Of a DNA stretch of 64,000 nucleotides, positions 12,041 to 24,546 are shown piece after piece (within the stretch, counting starts at the first letter, position 1; each line of letters opens with the position of its first letter). This DNA is from Ptychomitrium polyphyllum (taxonomy: Eukaryota). Location of the stretch: contig OZ316775.1 of the NCBI GenBank assembly GCA_973851085.1, positions 1,550,001 through 1,614,000 on the forward strand, given 5' to 3'. Below the pieces are notes generated by a model. That model saw nothing but the letters and a program-made list of their open reading frames with translations. It did no database searches and was not told where the DNA came from. A program made the position numbers and the translations under genes.

Positions 12041-13080
12041 ATGCATGGAACCAATACATTTTTTTAAGCAAATAAAAAGATCTTGACATTCCTTAAAAAT
12101 AAATTTATCTTTATAATTTTTACAAACAATACATTATTGTTGTGCCTTTTCTTTAAGTTGAAAGTATAATTTAATAAAATAAGGTTCAAACATAAAAAGT
12201 GCCATGAACATTTTATTATATTGTGTATAAGATATTTAACTAACTCTAATTGGGAATTTGAATGAAAATGTAAGTTTTTAGATCAAAGTAGTTGCATGAA
12301 TTTTTATGCATTATATACATGTAAGCAAATCATATATCAAGCAAAGTAAATAACATGCAATGCCATTATTATAAGTATGAATTATATAAGGATATTTAGC
12401 ACAAAGTTGAATTCTAATGTTCATATCTTTCAAGTATTTTCAATCTTTCAATCATTTTACATCATTTAAAATTCCTTGAATCTTCTTTCTGCATATTGAT
12501 TGTATTCAACCTTTAAAGAAAGTATCAAGGAAGTATCATTTTTCAATCTTTCAATTGAATAATTGCCATTTGTTTGGATTCATGCATTTTCCATATAATT
12601 ACTTATTAGATTATTTTTTATCAAAAATATTTGTTTTTTGTTCTTGTAACATTAAGAAGTACAAGTGGTATATGATTTATTTTTGAAAATAATTGTTAAA
12701 TATTTCAATATTAGTGAAATAGTTCAATATTACTTAAATAATTGTCCATCACAACTATATAAATGTTATAAAAAATTTGTTCTATTAAATTTTGCCATTA
12801 CTAATCCATCTTATAATTCTTCACCTTTATTCTTTAATTTTTTTTATTGTCCTTGCGATTTTAGAAGTACGTGCTCTACAACAAGTGTCAAAATTTTATA
12901 TAAATTTATTACAAATCCAAAATAGCACCATATTTTAAATTCAAATTTTACAAACTTATTTATATTTAAATTGACAAATTTTTTTAAAAATTTATAAAAA
13001 AATTCAATTTCATCCTTTTACATCTTTCTTTTTGAATTCCATGATTCTAAATATTACTTTTTTGTATCATGAATTGTTTG
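12041..13080 (-). mobile_element. Degenerate piggyBac-superfamily (DDE_Tnp_1_7/PGBD-like) transposase relic with C-terminal Cys-rich domain
   Basis: Manual minus-strand translation across stops and frameshifts gives collinear motifs: DE (~13010), NKFVKFEFKIWC (from 12960), KFI*NFDTCC, IVVMDNY (from 12758) / NYFTNIEIF / YTTCT, WKMHESKQMAIIQLKD*K (~12595-12540), QLCAKY...WHCMLFTLLDI*FAYMYIMH (~12410-12305), CIVCK (~12133) and ECQDLFICLKKCIGSMH (12091-12041). Confidence 0.7.
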
Positions 13081-15804
13081 TTGAATTTGACATAATTCTG
13101 TAGATTAACTTTAAAAACATTTAAAACACATTAAGCATTAAAAAATAAAATTTAAATCAATTTATAAAGTCTAAATATTAAAAAATAAAATTTAAAAGTT
13201 CAAAAATTTAGAAGATTTAATGTAAAATCTAAAAAAATATAGAAAAATAAAACATTAATAGCTAAAATATTTAAAATATGAAATTATAAATGATAGAAGT
13301 TACAAGCATTCAGTATACATAATTACACACAAAATTTGTATAAAGTAAATAATGCTAATTAATATAATACTAAATCTTAGAAGTTTTAATAAAATAAATT
13401 TAAATAAATGACAGCAAAAACATATAATAGATAATTGGACAAAAATAGTCCATCTTTTGTACTACATGCTTCTGTACCACTTTAGGTAACCACAATCTAT
13501 TAAAAGATAAACAAAATAAATGAATCATAATTAAGATAATCAATAATTAACAATTTCAATCACGTAATCTTTGAACATGAAGAGGTTTGATAAAAATATA
13601 TGACATACTTGTCTCTGTTTCACATTTTAAATTCTATAAAAATACATTTCAATTTTCTTCAGTTTTAAAATGTAAGAAATGAAACATATTATATATGTTT
13701 ATGTTTTGGTGTTCAAAATCTCAAGCACCTTGTGTACAAATGATTCAAGTTTTTAACATTTTATTTTTAGAATCATTATCTATTTGAAAAACTCCACTAT
13801 AAGATTCTTCTTTTGAAACAAATGTTTGTAATCTTTTGTATAACCTTTGTTTTGATCAAATTCATTATTATAATTATTTGAAGGAGTAATGATTTAAAAT
13901 AGATACTTAATAGATTATGCTAAATATTGTTTTAAAATTCAATCATGGAATCAAACACATTGGATTTGAGCTCTGTACATGAATGTAGGATTTTTGCATA
14001 CAACCAAACTTTTGGAGCATCTTCACTTTTAGTGACATAGAAGATAAAAGTTGGCACTAGCATATCACATGGAACAAATTCATATATAATATGAACATTT
14101 GGAATTAAAATTGTAATTAAAATAATAATAGGTTGTAGAAGTGAAGAACCATTAAATATAACTTGGAAGTGGATTCATTAATAAATGTTTTTTTACATTT
14201 TGAAATTTATGTGAATAAAATAGCTTTAAAACGCAAGAATAGCAATGATTGTTGTTGTTCCAAGTTTTTGAAATTCATGGAGAAGATTCAATATGATGAT
14301 GCCTTTGATTGCAATGCTTGTGCATGTTTATTGTTTATATTATTATTAAATACACTATTTGTAAAAATATCATGTAGCATATAAATTTTTTACTAATGAT
14401 ATTTTCAAAATTACTACTAAAGTCAATTTACAAAAAACACTTAATAAAAAGATCTAAAATAATATTAATGGTTTTTACTGTTAAATTAAGAAAAACAAAA
14501 TTTACGTACAAATGTGAGATTTTTATAAATATAATATTTTAAGACAGTGACATGGATAAATTGAAAAACAAAAGTTGTATTAAATATGCATTTTTGTCAA
14601 ATTTTGAACTCTTTATATTGTATATTGATATAATTATTTTTGATGTTATTTATTGAATTTTTATTTGATTGTATGGTTGTATGGTGCTTGCAATTGACCA
14701 TACACCCTCCTTCTATACACACCTTTTCTTTTCACTTCTTCCATATTCAACTCTTTTCATTAATAAATCTTTTTAAATCCAAATCAAAAAAATATATTGC
14801 TTTTAATATACTAGGCATCAACCTCTTACTCATATGTTGAATTCCAAGCCTTTCAATAAGTATTTATGAATAATTTGAAAATATCTTTTTCTAGACTTGG
14901 ATATTTTAATATATTATTTTATTGCCTTATACAATTGTCTTCTAATTTATGTAGACTTTAGTCTTATAAGTTATTAATAAGTCCTTTTTTTAATACTAAA
15001 TTGACTTAATGGATCATTTTATTCTCAAATAAAAATCAATTAAAATTTATAAAATAGATATAAATGAAGATATCTATCAAATATTATATTTTGAAAATTT
15101 TTGAGTCATTTGGCAATTTTCAATAATTTAATAGAATAAAAAATTATGTCAAGTTCTTAATTTATTTTTTCTAAATTTATCTATTTTCAATTCAATAAAA
15201 ATAGGAATTATACAACTTTAGATTAATTTTACAACCACCATAATTATATAATTGTATAATAACTAACATGATTCTATAAAAAATCTAAATTAAAGAAATA
15301 GATTTACTTCATTCTTTTTGTACTCATATTTCAATTTTGGTTTTGAATGTAAATACCATATTACATAGAATTTGGATTTTATAAAGTACTATATTTTATG
15401 TTTGTACTCTTTATGTCTTTTTCAAGTATTATCTTATTAAAATAAGTATTATTTTACTTAAATGAATTTATGTATGTTGTAATTTATTTAATGGAAAATC
15501 CACCACAAATTACACTAAAGGTAGAAATTTCATAAACCTTATTTTACATTGGTAAATTTATTTAACAAAATTCTTGTAGACTTTGGTTTTTTTTATACTT
15601 ACATTCAGTATTTTCAAGGTTTTTAATCATTATTCTTATTTTTATTTTAATTTCTTAAGAAATTATAATGATTTTACACTTTTTTTTATTTATGGTTCTA
15701 TATATTGCAATTTTTTCTAATAATATTGATTAATGAAATTGGGCTTATTTTTAATTCATTAATTTTATTAATTAGCTTATACTTGATATTTTTGAATTTT
15801 GAAT

Positions 15805-16245
15805 TGATTACAAAGAATATTTATGTAAATTTTGTTGTCTCTATCACTAAATTCATCTATCATCAGGTTTATATATGTACCTACTCTTATTGCTCTTATC
15901 ATAGACTTATCCATCATAGATCTTACTGTCTTTATCACTCTATCTTGTATTAGATCCTTACTTTTTTTAGATTGCACCGTCATTGTCATGGAAATGAAAC
16001 TTCTTTGACTTTACCAATTGATTTGTAGCTAACATTTTCTTTTTTGATTGATTACAAAGAATATTTATATGAATTTAATTGTCTCTATCATCAGATTCAA
16101 AGATGTACTTGTTTTCATTGCTCAATGATGAAAATTAGAACTATTATAGATTTTATTGTCTGTATTATTATATTTTGTGTTGAATCTTTATTGGATACCT
16201 TGACATTTCTTAGATTGCACTTTCATTGTCATGAAAATGAAATTT
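15805..16245. repeat. Diverged direct tandem duplication, period ~244 bp, in AT-rich block
   Basis: tgattacaaagaatatttat at ~15805 and ~16049; ctatcatcag in both copies; ttagattgcacYgtcattgtcatgRaaatgaaa-like ends at ~15967-15999 and ~16210-16242. Confidence 0.75.
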
Positions 16246-18132
16246 AATTGTTTACTTTTGAAAACATGTGCACCTGAACTTATAAACTACAGTAGTCTAA
16301 ACTCTATTTTAGGCTATTAAAAATAAAACCATTCATTTTAAAACAAGTTTCAATTTACAATTATAGGATATTTCTTATCTTTCAAAATATAAACTAGAGT
16401 AATGTTGATATAATCTAGAGAAGTATTAAAATTTTTAGACCTGTTTTTAAATTTTTGTCTCTTTCAAAATTAAAGTGCCATAATTTTGTATAAGGTATAA
16501 GGTCAAAAAAATGATCCTCTTAGAGTACGCTCTAAACACCCACCTACGTTGAGTTAAAGTTTCAAGAGATGAAAATGGTATAAGGTCATGCGCATGCTAA
16601 TGCTCATGCTAAGAAAAGAAAAAGAGAAAAGAAAAGCCTAAAACCACCCAATGTGCATACCCAGGTAGGACTGATTGTGTTCTCCACATGACTCTTGTGT
16701 TCGTCCAGCCAGTGTAATGAGTCTCTGCCTGAGTGGGGTCCTGAAACAACGTTCGTAACCAAAATGCATGATATTTCAACACAATTGTGTGTGAAGAGTG
16801 ACAGGCAGAGATGTGTCTTGAAGGCACCGTCACTCATTCGACCTCAGAATCACCTTCACGGCGAGATAATGGAATGGCATGTCTGAGCGACCTGATAATG
16901 AGCAGTGCTAGAGAAAGAGATCATACCACTTTCTAACAACCCGCTATTGCAGTACTCCATCTCCTGCAAAACGGGCCCATTGTGCAGATCATCAGACAAC
17001 ACAGGAAGGGCATGACTCTGACCAACCCAGTTTACAGTACCACAAAGTCGATCACCATGCAAATGGGTCGGTGCATGACACCGATGATCGATGGGGACAA
17101 TTTCACCAATCATACGATTATTCAGTCTGCTTGACAATACCTTGGATTAAAGCCCAACGTATATCTGGTGTCTGGAAGGCGCTTTTACTGGATCTAATTC
17201 CAGGAAGGACCAGCTCAATGTGAATGCTGTGATTGTGTTAAAGTGGATAATTTTGAATGCTGGATCACGTGTGGAATTTCCTATTGGTCCACACCTTGAT
17301 ATCAAGTTCAAAGCCAGCGTCTGCTCCCATCCAGGGACAGATAGACATGTTGGTGGGCTGTCGCTGAGGGACTAGGGGCCAGACAGATTAATAAACCTTA
17401 GTTTGACGTGAAGTCGGTCCCATATGCTGCAGCATAATTTTTGTCCTCGAAGCAAGTGATTCCCAGTGTGCTTTACCTTAACATAAGCCGTCCTGCGGTG
17501 ATGAGGTACGTTCTTTTGGAGTTACACTTACGTCCAAGGAAGTCGTGATTTCGTAAAAAGTGATTCCTCCAGCGGATAGAACTACGCACGTGTGTCAAAG
17601 CTGCATGCAAAGACGTGCACAACCAGCTAGAAGAATATCAAGGCAAGCTGAGCACTTGGAAAGTTCCATATATGTAGTCTCAAACTGAGGAGAAGCACAA
17701 GGCAAGGAATAGAATCAGCTAAAAGTTGTCTTGCGAGACAAATCTATAGGATTTCTGGCCGTGATCGTGAACAAGAGGAGGTTTCTATTGCAACAGTCCC
17801 AGGTGCAACAGTCGCAACCATTTCTCTTCCGTGTTCTTAAAGAGAAAATGACAGCTTAGCATCATTTGGTGAAGCAAGTTCTTTCTGGTGTCTTATTTTT
17901 TTGGAAAATGTGCATTCACAAGTGTTCAATGGTGGCTCTTGACAGATAGCAGGCCGTTTGATGGAAGTGGAAGGAAAGGTTATGGCTAAGAGCTTCTGAA
18001 CCTACACTCTCCACAGTGCTTCGAAGACGATGTCTAACTCAGAAGATTGATCGGTTTCTCCTGGGTTCCTTGTTGGTGTGAGAACTGGAAACGTGGAACT
18101 TCAATCTTCGAGCATATGAAGAGTCTTCAATC

Positions 18133-19907
18133 ATGGGCCTGATGCTTGAGCTCGGAAGTAGACTTGGACTCATCTTGCAGATGACCAAGGATAACGTCAT
18201 CAGGACTGCAATATTGATTGTAGCAGTTGTGCTGCTTGGAAAATGTTTCTTGGGGATATTTCAGAGGAAGAGGCTGCCTCCTGGGCCGTGGGCTTGGCCG
18301 GTGTTCGGAAACATGCTCAATTTTGGCCCCTTACCCTGGTCCTACGGATTGCTCCGAGAGTTGGCTCTCAAACATGGAGACCTGATGTATTTGCGCATGG
18401 GATCCATTCCATATGTTGTAATCTCATCGAGCGCCATGGCGAAAGAAGTTGTGATCAACCATGACCTGCAGTTCGCCTACCGTCCTACAAAGCTCTTCAG
18501 CAACATCTTGTGCAAGAACAAAGACATTGCTACTACTTCATACGGTCCCACTTGGCGCTATCTTCGAATGATCTGCACCTCTCAATTCTTCACCAAGAAA
18601 CGCATGTCCACATACGAAGCTGGAAGAACAGAGGAGATTCATATTCTGATGAAACTCATTTTACGCAAGTCGACGTCAAGTGAGGACCCTGTGGTGGATT
18701 TCCGCTTTCAGCTTCGAAATACAATTACCAACATAATATCTCGAATGGTGTTCAACAAACGGTAGGTGCACTGCCATAGTTACATTAGACTTTCCCTCCA
18801 CTGACCTTTACTCAACTTCATTTGACCTTTTTTCTGTCCGTTGCTTTTAGATTGTTTAAAGTTCTGGGAGGTGACAACTACGACTTGGAAGCAGCGAAAC
18901 GATACCAAGAGATTCTCAGTCACCATTTCCGTACCTATGGTGTCTTTGTCATAAGCGATTATTTCCCCTGTCTAAGCTTCATTACAGATATTCAAGGAAT
19001 GAGGAAGAGAATGCAGAGAATTGTGGAAGAGATCCACAAGATGCTTGATGATATTATTGACCTTCAAGGACGCAAGATATGCCACATGAGTCATACTCAA
19101 GAACCAGATGTACACCGTGATCAGGACTTTGTCGATCTGCTGATGTCAACGCCGTCTCAAGATGGTGTTGGCACACTGGACAACGACACAATTCGAGGAC
19201 TTGTGATGGTGAGTCTCTTGCATCATGGAACACCGACACTTCTGTATAATCTATAGCTTCTTTTCAGGGGGCCTGATTTTTCGTATATCTTGCAGAACAT
19301 GTTGTTTGCAGGAACAGAGACGCAATCGTCCACAATAGAATGGGCAATGGCGCACTTGCTCTTACACCCTGACGTGATGCAACGAGCACAAGCGGAGCTT
19401 GACAATGTGGTGGGAAAGAAACGAGTTGTTGAAGAATCGGACCTCGAGCACTTGCCATACCTGGAGGCAGTAATGAAGGAGGTCTCTCGTCTGCACCCTG
19501 GCGCTCCACTTGCCATCAATCACGAGTCTCGTAAAGACTGTTGGGTGGCAGAGTACAACCTGCAAGCCAAAACTCGCTTAATCTTCAACATCCATGCCAT
19601 CCATCGAGATCCTTCTGTGTACGAGCGGCCTGATGAATTTGACCCCTCCAGATTCTTGAAGCCTGGAGGCAGCTATGACTCGTTCCAATTCATGCCATTT
19701 GGTGTAGGGAGGCGAATTTGCCCTGGAATGCCACTTGCCAACCTCAGCATGGTCCATATCCTTGCACATTTGTTACATAGCTTTGATTGGCACTTGCCAA
19801 AGGATCAGGAGCTGGACATGACAGCAACATTCGCTGGTGTCACTGCTCCAAAGAAACATCCTTTGTTGGCCCTTGCACAACCTCGACTTCCAGCTTTTCT
19901 TTATTGA
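18133..19907 (+). CDS. Cytochrome P450, A-type/CYP71 clan (~532 aa)
   Basis: join(18133..18761,18851..19208,19296..19907) = 1599 nt. N-terminal TM helix, LPPGP hinge, WRYLR, I-helix AGTETQS, K-helix EVSR, PDEFDPSRF and heme motif PFGVGRRICPG. Confidence 0.95.
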
Positions 19908-20329
19908 TTGCCGTCACATGAGGAAATGCTGCAATTCTCATTAAAAAAAAACACTCTCATTCAAACTTCATTGGTAGAGATCGATAGAATCGCAATCATT
20001 TTGTAAATACAATCATAAGTAGCAACCAGATATCACTTAGGAGATATGAGGATTTACAGCCCCCAAGATAAACCAATCTTCACTTGCTCCTCTTAATATA
20101 TATATAAAAAAAAAAGACACAAGTTCATTCTACATCACCAAGTGTAACGGACTTTGAGCTTTTGTAAATAGCACTGAGGTAGTCCACAATTCTTTCACTT
20201 AGATTTGCTGAATTAAACTGATGTACTGTTCTAATCTGGACGCCGAGCTGTACACTACAACCTTTGAACTCATTTCTGATTCTAGCAACGATCCGCTTTC
20301 CCAAACATGCCCAAAGATGGCAGATAAAT

Positions 20330-21513
20330 CTACTCAGTAGTTGCAGGCCTTGACATCACGTTCTCCACAGGGACGGTAGAACTTGACGTAGTTCCGGTTC
20401 CGTTGGATACAGCCTTCGACATACCGAAAAACTGGAAATTCAACATAAGCACTGTTAGTTTTCATATGTCTATACTGAGGATCACAGTAAGATTACGCTT
20501 GGGGCAATTTTGACTGATTGCTCATGAATCTTCAAACCGCAATAAACTCATAAATACTTCCCTCTAAACACGAGCAATGAGATGCGCGGAAAGCACTGAC
20601 GCGAAACTCGTGGAATAGAAAAAGGAACAAGCAAAGAATAAATAATATCTCATGCAAGCACGACTAATAAACCTACTACAAAATTATTTTCTATGCATGA
20701 AACACTTCCCACGCACATACTGAAATCCTAGCCTCTACTCTACATCACAGGATTGAGAACAGCTGTCTCTACAAGGCAGCTCAACACTACAAACAGCAGA
20801 GAGAATAGGCCTTCATTGTCGAAAACGTGGGAGCATATAAACTCAGAAATCGCAATGCAAACGTGATTCGTCACACAAAAAGCCTGTACCCACATACGCA
20901 TCATGTCGATCAAGGTGCCAAACACGTCTCGCCCCATAATTATAAATTTCAGTAACTATCGACAAGGTCGTGCACCCCGGACGACACAAACATATATGTC
21001 GAGAATCTCCCAACCGCGGTACACTACAAACTGAAAACCTAACGCAGACCTAAAATCTCGCACTTCCGTAAACAAAGCACTACATACGAAAAATCAAGGA
21101 CGTCACACTCATTAAAGGTCAGCCAGGCTAAAATCTTGCAACACTTCAAATCCTCAAACCAACACCAACCAATACTAATCTCACAAAAACTACACAATCA
21201 ATCCAACACCCGCAACCTACAAAATTCATCTCCGATCTCCTGACCACTGACTCCACACCCCAAACGATGTCAATCACAACGAAAAATCACATCACACCTT
21301 ATCCATCGTCTTCTTGAAGCAAGTTTTGTGCTCCTCCATCGAAGCGCTAAAGAACTCCTGAACGTGGTCGCTCACATCGCCGAAAAACGTCCCGGACTCC
21401 GACTTCTTCTTGCGGCACGAGCCCGTGTCGCCCTGCCGCACCACGGGCCCAGGCGGAGCCTGCTCCGAGGTCACGCTCTGGTGCGCCTGCACGGCCTGCT
21501 CTCCCTGACTCAT
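20330..21513 (-). CDS. Small conserved plant protein of unknown function (~105 aa, 2 coding exons)
   Basis: complement(join(20330..20431,21298..21513)). SCRKKKSESGTFFGDVSDHVQEFFSASMEEHKTCFKKTMDK|FFGMSK is continuous over a phase-0 GT-AG intron and resembles an uncharacterised plant family (recalled). A telo box (aaaccctag) sits just upstream of the ATG. Confidence 0.78.
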
Positions 21514-24500
21514 TGCGAAACCCTAGCTCCAAACCTTCAAAACGCTGCAACAGGCTAAATACTCAACCAAATCACTCCCCGAAAAGACTAAACTGGTCCC
21601 CTCGTGATGGAGATGGCGAATCTGAGAGACGCGGGATCTCGGTGCGAGTGCAAAGTGCGCAATTCACCGGGAGTTTTCCTCTCGTGCCTGCAAAAGGGGC
21701 CACACCACGACGCGTCTCGAAGGCTTTCTCGAAGCGCCCCTTTGCCGTTTCTCGAAGGGTTCCTTCTCCATTTCCACGTGGCGAGTCCGCAGTGGGGCTC
21801 GCTGTTTGCGACTGTTGAACGTACGGTTGTCTGGAGTGGGCGCCACGCTAGGAGTGTAAGGGGGCAATTGTGGTTCTGGACTTGGACGAATTTTGTTGTG
21901 TAAAAGGGATCCAGCGAATTTTGTAGAGTATGAGACGGCCTGTGCAAATTCAGAGGAAACCCTCGACCTGATTACGGGGGATAGATATGAGAAACTATTT
22001 CATCATTGTTAATTTTGTCTTTTTCTTTTTCTTTGTCTTTGTCTCTGTCCTTTCTTTTTCTTTTCTTTTCTTTTTTAATTGTTTATACGATCACAACGTT
22101 CCCAAAAGCCGGTTCCCATGGTTCCCGCTCAGATTTTCCAAAGTAGGTTCTTTTGTTACCAATGCACATTCCCATGTTCTCAAATTACCTGTCCATTGTC
22201 TGATTATTGTTTAGTGTTTTCATTAGGCAATACTTATTTTTCCATAGTACATATATTGGGTATCGTTTGTTATGGTTAAGATGAATGTATATACACGTCC
22301 AAAGAAGAGGGGAATGATTTGAAATATAACAAGTAGCTACCTTCTCAAGTAGAAGTGGTTAAGTAGAAGTGGTGATCATAGTTAAGGTTGGCCTTTAAAT
22401 GTGATGTTTGTTCCATATATTGGCATATATTTTAGAAAAATTATATTCACTTTCAAAAATAGCTTCACTAGCAATAATATAATAATATAATATGGCTTAA
22501 GAATGCAATTAATAACTCAAAATGGATTGACTATGTATTTATTGACATATTCAATTTAAAAATCAAAGTCATAAACATTGGTGTAAATACACAATTTATA
22601 CATCATAATCATACACCTTATAATGAATGAAAATTGATATGTTTAATTTTTTATATCAATATTGAAATTTTATTGAAACAAATTAAAATGAAAATAATGT
22701 AAATTTTAGAAAATATTATTAAATAATTATATTATATACGTAAAGCCTATTTAATTAAATCAATCTTGTTTTGAAATCATCAACATTTTTCAACAACAAT
22801 GTCAAAATTCTATTATTTATTTAAAAAAATTCTTCTACTTGTAGTAACTGATTTCATTTAATATAAACTATTTATATCACTTATTTAAAAAGTTGCCATC
22901 TAATATGTATTACATCAATGCTTCTATCCATTTATGGATTAAAATGCTTATTTTTATGAATAGAATATTTTTTGTCATGGTGCTAAACTTGAATTAAAGA
23001 TTGTACATAGTAAGTAAACAATACTTTTTAATTCTTCATAATGAAAAATATTCTTTATTGCTTATTGCTTCAATTCTAAATTATTAAAGACATTTAAATT
23101 TTAAAACAATGTAACTTATTCTTTTCTTTGAAATTTATACAATAATTATTTGAATAATATATGTCACATTGTTAACAAATATTAATTGTCTTGTCAAAAG
23201 ATAGTGTCAAACTTGTTCATATTTATAGCACACATATTCAACTTTGTGTCTTAATTCAAGAATTTATTTGAAGTATTTCTATGAAGTGTGGTTTTCATAA
23301 AAAATTTAAAAAAAATTGTAAATATAATTATTTCTGTATATATGTAATTATTTATTTATTTAGTAAAGACTTCAAAATCATATAAATTAAACATGAAAAT
23401 TCAAGGAACCCATAGTGTATAATATACACATTAATTATTTTGAAATAATTATTGTAATGTTTCTTAAGTCAATCTTTGGAGTAAAATAACAATGTTTGTG
23501 ATATTTTTTAAAGTAATGAGCTTCTATCAAATAAAGATTTCTTTTTAAAACACAAAATCCAAAACAATTATGTTTTTTCAAAATAAACCATTCAAACTTG
23601 ATTCCAACATTACTTGTTATTTATTTCAAAATTAAATTAACTTTTTGTTCACATCTTATCAAATAATGTATGCTTTGCATTGAAATTTTTCATAATGTAA
23701 ATTTTTTTGATAAATTTACATTTACATGGTAATGAAGGCTTATATTATTATTACTTTCTAAACTATAAACAACTTACAACCTTATGAAAAGTGGCAAATT
23801 CAATCATACATTTAAAAAATTCATTTATGAAAGTCATTATCATCATTTAATAATGGTTATCCACAAAAAAACATATCAGTGCATGAGCTATTTTGGTCCA
23901 AAAACTAGGTGTAATATTAAAAGGTAAAAGATAATAATAAAAGGTAATAATAAAGGTATAAGATCACCAACGAAATCATTGATTATTTTAAGATTTAAAC
24001 ATGATTTGTTCTTCTATTGGCAAGAACAAAGGATATTCTTCTATTTGCTCTGTCACACCATACGCCACTAACCATGCCCTTCAAGCGTTGTGTTCACACG
24101 TCCATCCGAACCCGTTATCGTGAGAATCATTCACACGGTGCGCCTCTAAACCTGCCACGCAAGCAAGGGCCGTGTTCACACGGCCGTATCGGCACGGAGA
24201 GGAAGTCCAGAACGCGGACACTTACGAGGTTTACTCTGTACCTATCGAGTTATTCCTCACCTGATTATCATTAGAGTACCATGACAGTATCAAAGTGGTA
24301 TTAACGCGGTATCACATCAGTAGAAACTGTATGTTGCACAGGTATTGATCAGAATCCAGCAGAGACATCGGCATGGGGAGCTGTGTCTCGCGCTCACAAC
24401 TCTCACAGCACTTGCAGCACTCGCAAACACAGTCTCAAAACACTCGCCACACACACATTACTTACAACGCCGGAGGTCAATTTGGCGTTCCAGTGGTGCT

Positions 24501-24546
24501 GGTGGAGGTCGTATCCCAGGCAGGGAGGCGCAACCGATTCCAAACT

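Larger units (their letters stand above)
10850..16560. repeat. AT-rich, CpG-depleted block of decayed transposon-derived sequence
   Basis: Abrupt compositional shift between gene islands, almost no CG dinucleotides by eye. Contains the piggyBac relic and internal diverged tandem repeats. Confidence 0.6.

Noticed and set aside
14466..14488. gtttttactgttaa as the opposite terminal inverted repeat of the piggyBac relic
   Set aside because: Only a 9-bp core matches the candidate end at 11299 and a gap is required; similar strings occur elsewhere in the AT-rich block (e.g. ~11648).
16604..17137. Short ORFs upstream of the P450
   Set aside because: No consistent splice structure or domain; more likely promoter or non-coding sequence.
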